Shown here piece after piece: positions 58,848 through 64,000 of a DNA stretch of 64,000 nucleotides. The notes under the pieces were generated by a model. That model was not told the origin of the DNA. It did not search any database and saw only the letters and a program-made list of their open reading frames with translations. A program made the translations under genes and the position numbers. Numbering within the stretch: position 1 is the first letter of the stretch; every line of letters begins with the position of its first letter. The DNA is from an uncultured Chloroflexia bacterium (GTDB taxonomy: Bacteria; Chloroflexota; Limnocylindria; Limnocylindrales; CSP1-4), in NCBI GenBank assembly GCA_963835945.1, contig CAWIHR010000043.1, forward strand, positions 46,140-110,139, written 5' to 3'.

Positions 58848-61800
58848 GTGCGGGCTGGCGCCGGAATTCCCGCCATCGCACTGCTCCTGCTCGCCGGGCT
58901 CGCCCTGCGGCTCATCATCGCATACGTCCTCTTCCCGGGCTCGGGGTTCAAGACTGACATCTCGAGCTTCACCTCGTGGGCGATGACGCTCGCCCGCTAT
59001 GGCCCCCCGGGTTTCTACGCCAACGCCGGCTTCGCCGACTACACCCCCGGCTACCTCTACGTCCTTTGGGTGGTGGGGCTGGCCGGACGCGCGCTGGCGA
59101 CCCTGACCGGCAGCGACCAGGGCACGATCACCGGCGAGCTGATCAAGCTGCCGGCGATCCTACTGGACCTGGCCGTCGCATACGTCCTGTATCGCACGGT
59201 GCTCAAGTGGAAGGGCCGCCTCGATGAGCCGCCCGCCGGTGGGCCAGATACGGGTCCGTCGGACCCAGGGCGCGTGCGGCTCCTCGCGCTCGGCGCGGCA
59301 GCGCTCTACCTCTTCAACCCGGTCCCCTGGTACGACTCCGCCCTCTGGGGCCAGGTGGATGCCCTGGGTGCGCTGGTCGTGCTTGGGGCCGTCCTGGCGC
59401 TCGTCGGCGGCTGGTCGGAGTCGGCCGCCGCCCTGGCCGTGCTCGCGGCCCTCGTCAAGCCCCAGTTCGGGCTGGTCCTCGCGCCGATCGTCGGCGTCGT
59501 GCTGCTGCGCCGTCACGTGGTCGTCCCGGGTTCCGGGCCCCGGCCCCGGGTCCGCAGCGAGCGGCTGACCGGCTGGTTCGTCGAGGAACAAGGGCCGTGG
59601 CGCCTCGTCTCGTCCGTGGCGGCAGGCCTGGCGGTGCTGTTCGTGGTGATCGTGCCGTTCCACCTCGACATCGTGGGGCTGGTGCGGCTCGTCGTCAGCA
59701 CCGCGGGCGAGTATCACTACCTGACGGTCAATGCCTACAACCCGTGGGCGCTGATCGCCGACCCGGGCGGGGCGTCCCTCGCGCACGCCGGCACGTGGTC
59801 GGACGACCTGGTCCCGCTGCTCGGACCCCTGCCAGGGTTCGCAATCGGGGCGATCCTGCTGCTCGCGGGGATCGCGCTGGGCGCGCTGCAGGTTGCGTGG
59901 CGGGACGATCGTCGCTCGATCCTGCTCGCGGCGGCCTTCCTGTCGCTGGTGTTCTTCGTGCTGCCAACGCGCGTGCACGAGCGCTACTTGTTCCCGATCT
60001 TCGTCTTCCTCCCGCTGCTGGCGCTGACCTCCCGCCGGTGGCTGGTGGCCACGGTCGTGCTGGCCGCAGCCTCGTTCATGAACCTGCACGCCATCCTGAC
60101 GCTGCCGCTCTACGCCACGCCGAACATCGCGAACCTGCTGGGCGGGCCTGCGTTCCGCTCGGACGCTGGCGTCGTGCTCTCGGCGCTCGGGCATGTGGCG
60201 GTTTTCCTGCTCGCCCTGGGAGCGCTCGAACCAGTGCGCTGGCTGCTCCGTCGCGGGAGGCCAGACCCCAGGGCGCGGCCGGCGATCTCCGTGTCGAGCG
60301 TCATCCACCCGGTCGCCGGCAGTGCGGCGCTGGACCAGGGCGCTCTGGTTCCCGGGGCCGACGACTTGCCAGTTGTCGCTCCCGTTGCGGGAATGGCCGA
60401 CCCAGCCGGCGGCGTTCTCGCCGCGGGGACGACCGACTCGCCGGGCGCCGCAGCGACCGCCCCGGCCGTTGAGTGGATGGGCCGCCCACCCACGCGCTGG
60501 GGCCCGGGGATGCTGCGCGGCCTCCTTGGACGGGGCTCGATCCGGGCCGACCACAGCCGAATGCTGCACGGGGAGGGCGGAGGGCGCGTCGACCGGCTCG
60601 ACCTGCTGATCATGTCACTGCTGGTCGTCGCGGCCATGACCGCCCGCGTCGTGGGCCTCACGCAGCCGTATGGCATGTACTTCGACGAGGTCTACCACGC
60701 GCGCACGGCGACCGAGTTCTTGCAGGATTGGCGGTACGGGATGCCGCACGCCATCTACGAGTTCACGCACCCGCACCTTGCGAAGTACCTCATGGCGCTG
60801 GGACTCGTGGCGTTCGGTGACGACCAGGTGACCGGGACGAGCACCCTGAACGTGCCCGTGCGGGCCACCGCGATCGAGCCACGCTGGAGCGACCCGGGCG
60901 CCTCCGCCGGCCGCGACGGGGACCGGCTTTACGTTGCGACCGGAAGCAACGTGCTCGCCTACGATCTACAGGGACGCGGCGTCGTGGCGAAGCTCGCCGT
61001 GCCGGGAGCGACCGCAGTCGCCGTCGACACCGTTCAGCACGTGCTCTACGCGGCCGCAGCCGACGGGACCATCTGGTCACTGCCCACGTCCCGACTCGAC
61101 GCGCTGCGCTCGACCAACGGCGGCGCGGCCGACATTCAGCCCACGAAGCTGGCGGGCCCCGGCGCCGGTGGCCCCGTGCAGCGGCTGGTCGCTTCTACGA
61201 CTGGCGCAAGCCTGCTTGCGGTTACCACGACCGGCCAGCTCGTGAGCATCGACACCTCCGGCATTCCGGGGACCCTGCTCGGTCGGACCACGGCCAGCCC
61301 GCAGGCAGGCACCGGCCCCGTGGCGGGAGTCGTCCCGCTGGATCCGGTAGCCGGCGTCATCGTCGACCTCACGAAGTCGTACGACCCCACGAAACTCGGC
61401 GCGCTGACGACGGCCCTCGGCGTGTCGACCGGCCCCGTGTTCGATCTGCCGGCGGCGGTCTCTAGGTGGCAGCAAGCGGTCACGGCTGACACCGCCACGG
61501 TGCTGCAGTACGAGGCGGTGAGAGTGCGCACCACCGCCGAGGACGCCGCGCTGGCGAAAGCGCGGGAGGCACTCACGGCGGACCAGCAGCAACTCGCCAC
61601 GGCGAAGGCGAACCTCCGACCAGTGGTCGTCTCGGCGTTCCTCAGTTCCGCCCAGCAGGCGAACGTCCAGTCGGCGGTGCAGGCGCTCGGCGACGCGGCG
61701 AGCCTCGACACGTCGCCGATCTTCGCCGTCTCCGCCGGCACGTCGGTCCGGTTCCTTGACGCCGTGACCCTCGACACCGTCCTCTCCCTGCCACTGGACG

Positions 61801-64000
61801 GGACCGCCGGGGGCATGACCTTCGTCGCGTCCGGCATCGACGAGCCCACGGTGTACGTCGCTTCGGACCGCGCGCTCCGCACGATCCAGCTTCCGCTCGA
61901 CGCCCAACCAGTCGTCGGGTCGCCCATACCCATGCCCGGGACCGTCAGCGATGCCACGTGGGACGCGGCGTCGAACATGGTCCACGTACTGGGTAAGACC
62001 CCCGACGGCTTGTCGCCTACGATCTACGTGGTGGAGCCGCACGGCAACGCCGTGTACGCGAACGCGAACCTGCCGTTCACACCGGTCGCCTGGGCGTTCG
62101 ACCAACAGCCCAACAACCCGTCCGGTGACCGCCAGCAGATCCTGGTCTTCTCGTCAACCGGCTCGGTCGCCGCGGTGGACGCCGGAAGCCATGCCTTCGC
62201 GTGGCGCCTGCCGGGCGTAATCGCCGGCACGCTGCTCGTGGCGCTGCTCTACCTGCTGGCCCGGATCCTGTTCCGGCGCCGCTCCGTGGGCCTGTTCGTC
62301 GCCGGGTTTGCGCTGGTGGACGGCATGTTCTTCGCGAACTCGCGGATCGGCATGAACGACACCTATGCCGCGCTCTTCATAGTGGCCGCGTACGTTGTCT
62401 ATGCCGCGCTTGCGCTCGGACGCTGGCGAGGCCGCTCCGCGCTGCTGGTCGGCCTCCCGCTCCTCGGGATCCTGCTTGGGCTGGCCTGCGCCTCGAAGTG
62501 GGTCGGCTTCTACGCCATTGGCGGTATCGGGCTGCTGACCCTACTGCGCAGCGGACTGGGACGCGTCTTGGCGCTCGGCGCCATGGCGGTCCTGACAGGC
62601 ATCCTCGGCTACTACTCGATCAGCGCGGCGCCGGGCGTCACCAGCCCGCAGCTCAACCTCACGTTCCTGCTGATGATGATCGCACTGACCCTGCTGCTCG
62701 GCGCGGGCATCGCCGTACGGTCCATCCACTGGACGGTGGAGGAGCTTCGGTTCGCGGTGCTCGCGCCACTCGTGCTCGGGATCTTGGCCGCCGTTGCCGG
62801 CATCGGCCTCGGATCGCGGCTACAGAGCGGGCCGCTAACGCAGAACATGCTGCTGACCGGAGCCTCCCTGCTTATCGTGGTCGCGTTCGTCGCGTACGCG
62901 GCGCCGCTCGTGCTCGCCCGGTTCGGTGCAGGCCCGCTCGCCCCACCGGCCCGACCAGGCGAGGCCCGCACGTACGCCGATGCGCCGGCCGACCCTCCCG
63001 CCGAGAGCTGGCTGGTGCCGGGAGCTTCTCTCGGCCTGCCTTGGCTCTGGGCGCTCGCGTGCATGACCGTCGTCCCGCTCGTCGTCTACGTCATCAGCTA
63101 CATCCCATGGGTCGCCCTCGGGAACCAGTTCTGGACCGGGTTCCCGACAGGCAACCACGGGCAGACCCTGTGGGAGTTGACCGTTTCGATGTTCAACTAC
63201 CACAACGGCCTCCGGGTGGCCCACCCCGCCTCGTCGCCATGGTGGGCGTGGCCGTTCGACCTCAAACCCGTCTGGTGGTACCAGGGCTCGTTGGCGAATG
63301 ACACGGGCGCCTCCATCTACGACGCCGGGAACTTGGTGCTCTTCTGGATGTCGGTAACGGCCGTCCCGTGGACGGCATGGCAGGCATGGCGCCGGCGCAG
63401 CCTTGCGCTGGGAATCGTGGTGCTGGCCGCCGCGAGCCAGTGGCTCCCTTGGGTATGGGTGGACCGGGCGACGTTCCAGTACCACGTCCTGACCACGCTG
63501 CCCTTCTCGTTCCTTGCGCTCGCCTACTTCGTGGCGGAGCTGTGGCATGGCCCGGCGCCGGGAACGTGGGCGCTGGCGCGCGTGACCGCAGCCCTGGCCA
63601 TCCTGGGACCGGCAATTCTGTGGCTTGTCAAGGGCCCGCTCTGCGTCTTTGCTGGTACGGCCGCGGTGGACCCGGCGTCGCAGGTCTGCGGCGCCGTCGC
63701 CAACCCTGTGATCGTGACCCAGCGGGTAGCCGCGGCGGCCACCGTCATCGTGATCGGAGCACTCGGCGCTGGCTGGCTCTGGTGGACTGCGCGCGGTGCG
63801 GCCGCCGGCGACGACGGTCGAGTGGGCCGGCTCCGTGTGTACGGTCCGTCGCTTGCCGCGGCGCTCATCGCGCTGGCGGCACTCGTCGTCGTTCAGGCGA
63901 GCGTGCCAGACGTCCTGCTCGTCTCCGTCCCGCTGGGGAGCGGCGGGCCGTTCGTGGTCGCCGCGGTCGTGGGCCTGCTGCTGTGCGGCCCAGCCTGGCT
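58848..64000 (+). CDS. Giant (>1715 aa) fused GT-C glycosyltransferase, continues beyond window end with no stop: GT87/DUF2029-like module (~58848-60250), linker, then PMT/GT39-like module (60560-64000+) carrying a ~450-aa repeat insertion in loop 1
   Basis: Frame 0 is stop-free from 58266 to 64000; absent from the supplied ORF track, presumably because no stop occurs in-window. Module 1: ...DISSFTSWAMTLARYGPPGFYANAGFADYTPGYLYVLW...HERYLFPIFVF... Module 2: ...PYGMYFDEVYHARTATEFL...YEFTHPHLAKYLMALG... [insert] ...AWRLPGVIAGTLLVALLYLLARILF...ANSRIGMNDTYAALF...ASKWVGFY...SSPWWAWPF... Confidence 0.75.
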   Translation, partial: MRAGAGIPAIALLLLAGLALRLIIAYVLFPGSGFKTDISSFTSWAMTLARYGPPGFYANAGFADYTPGYLYVLWVVGLAGRALATLTGSDQGTITGELIKLPAILLDLAVAYVLYRTVLKWKGRLDEPPAGGPDTGPSDPGRVRLLALGAAALYLFNPVPWYDSALWGQVDALGALVVLGAVLALVGGWSESAAALAVLAALVKPQFGLVLAPIVGVVLLRRHVVVPGSGPRPRVRSERLTGWFVEEQGPWRLVSSVAAGLAVLFVVIVPFHLDIVGLVRLVVSTAGEYHYLTVNAYNPWALIADPGGASLAHAGTWSDDLVPLLGPLPGFAIGAILLLAGIALGALQVAWRDDRRSILLAAAFLSLVFFVLPTRVHERYLFPIFVFLPLLALTSRRWLVATVVLAAASFMNLHAILTLPLYATPNIANLLGGPAFRSDAGVVLSALGHVAVFLLALGALEPVRWLLRRGRPDPRARPAISVSSVIHPVAGSAALDQGALVPGADDLPVVAPVAGMADPAGGVLAAGTTDSPGAAATAPAVEWMGRPPTRWGPGMLRGLLGRGSIRADHSRMLHGEGGGRVDRLDLLIMSLLVVAAMTARVVGLTQPYGMYFDEVYHARTATEFLQDWRYGMPHAIYEFTHPHLAKYLMALGLVAFGDDQVTGTSTLNVPVRATAIEPRWSDPGASAGRDGDRLYVATGSNVLAYDLQGRGVVAKLAVPGATAVAVDTVQHVLYAAAADGTIWSLPTSRLDALRSTNGGAADIQPTKLAGPGAGGPVQRLVASTTGASLLAVTTTGQLVSIDTSGIPGTLLGRTTASPQAGTGPVAGVVPLDPVAGVIVDLTKSYDPTKLGALTTALGVSTGPVFDLPAAVSRWQQAVTADTATVLQYEAVRVRTTAEDAALAKAREALTADQQQLATAKANLRPVVVSAFLSSAQQANVQSAVQALGDAASLDTSPIFAVSAGTSVRFLDAVTLDTVLSLPLDGTAGGMTFVASGIDEPTVYVASDRALRTIQLPLDAQPVVGSPIPMPGTVSDATWDAASNMVHVLGKTPDGLSPTIYVVEPHGNAVYANANLPFTPVAWAFDQQPNNPSGDRQQILVFSSTGSVAAVDAGSHAFAWRLPGVIAGTLLVALLYLLARILFRRRSVGLFVAGFALVDGMFFANSRIGMNDTYAALFIVAAYVVYAALALGRWRGRSALLVGLPLLGILLGLACASKWVGFYAIGGIGLLTLLRSGLGRVLALGAMAVLTGILGYYSISAAPGVTSPQLNLTFLLMMIALTLLLGAGIAVRSIHWTVEELRFAVLAPLVLGILAAVAGIGLGSRLQSGPLTQNMLLTGASLLIVVAFVAYAAPLVLARFGAGPLAPPARPGEARTYADAPADPPAESWLVPGASLGLPWLWALACMTVVPLVVYVISYIPWVALGNQFWTGFPTGNHGQTLWELTVSMFNYHNGLRVAHPASSPWWAWPFDLKPVWWYQGSLANDTGASIYDAGNLVLFWMSVTAVPWTAWQAWRRRSLALGIVVLAAASQWLPWVWVDRATFQYHVLTTLPFSFLALAYFVAELWHGPAPGTWALARVTAALAILGPAILWLVKGPLCVFAGTAAVDPASQVCGAVANPVIVTQRVAAAATVIVIGALGAGWLWWTARGAAAGDDGRVGRLRVYGPSLAAALIALAALVVVQASVPDVLLVSVPLGSGGPFVVAAVVGLLLCGPAW

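Noticed and set aside
59160-62105. Minus-strand ORFs 59160..60569, 61077..62105 and plus-strand ORF 62201..63301
   Set aside because: Antisense or off-frame relative to the giant GT-C ORF, whose frame carries clear PMT/GT87 motifs; the 62201..63301 product is Arg-rich.

Overview
This is a 64 kb high-GC (~70%) chromosomal window packed with conserved housekeeping genes, apparently from an Actinobacteria-like monoderm; a Chloroflexi/Thermomicrobia origin cannot be excluded. Genes are called by reading the six-frame translations against well-known families.

Order of features:
- murA 5' end, then the full F1Fo ATP synthase operon atpI/Z-B-E-F-H-A-G-D-C on the minus strand.
- wecA, glyA, tsaC, a Cof-type HAD phosphatase, prmC, prfA, a DUF1385 protein, rpmE, rpmA, rplU.
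- rodA, mrdA, mreD.
- parS, parA, parB, gyrB, a hotdog thioesterase, an AlkD-like protein, gyrA.
- prs, secA, a DUF218 protein.
- A small Cys-rich ORF overlapping the start of prfB; prfB carries its canonical +1 programmed-frameshift site.
- A GNAT acetyltransferase, an inositol-monophosphatase-family gene (IMPase), ftsE, ftsX, ctpA, smpB, tmRNA.
- A VanW-domain protein, jag/khpB, yidC, yidD, rnpA, rpmH.
- A truncated IS (rve) transposase remnant.
- dnaA, a candidate oriC in the dnaA-dnaN spacer, dnaN, recF, dciA (DUF721).
- A PP2C-like membrane protein and a BFN nuclease.
- A polyprenyl-phosphate-sugar glycosylation locus: a GT2 synthase, a DUF2723 protein, a COG1807-like GT-C enzyme, and a giant fused GT87-like plus PMT-like ORF that runs past 64000 without a stop.

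Main observations:
- Single-base indel frameshifts cluster in atpC, atpD, atpG, atpA and in gyrA, with isolated ones in glyA, the GT2 gene and possibly the DUF218 gene.
- secA has an in-frame TAA at codon 20.
- Neighbouring long genes (gyrB, mrdA, secA body, dnaA) are intact, so these breaks look like local assembly or sequence-quality artefacts rather than true pseudogenes.
- The most novel-looking items are the Cys-rich uORF-like gene with its own consensus promoter upstream of prfB, the roughly 450-aa repeat insertion inside loop 1 of the PMT module, and the giant fused GT-C ORF.
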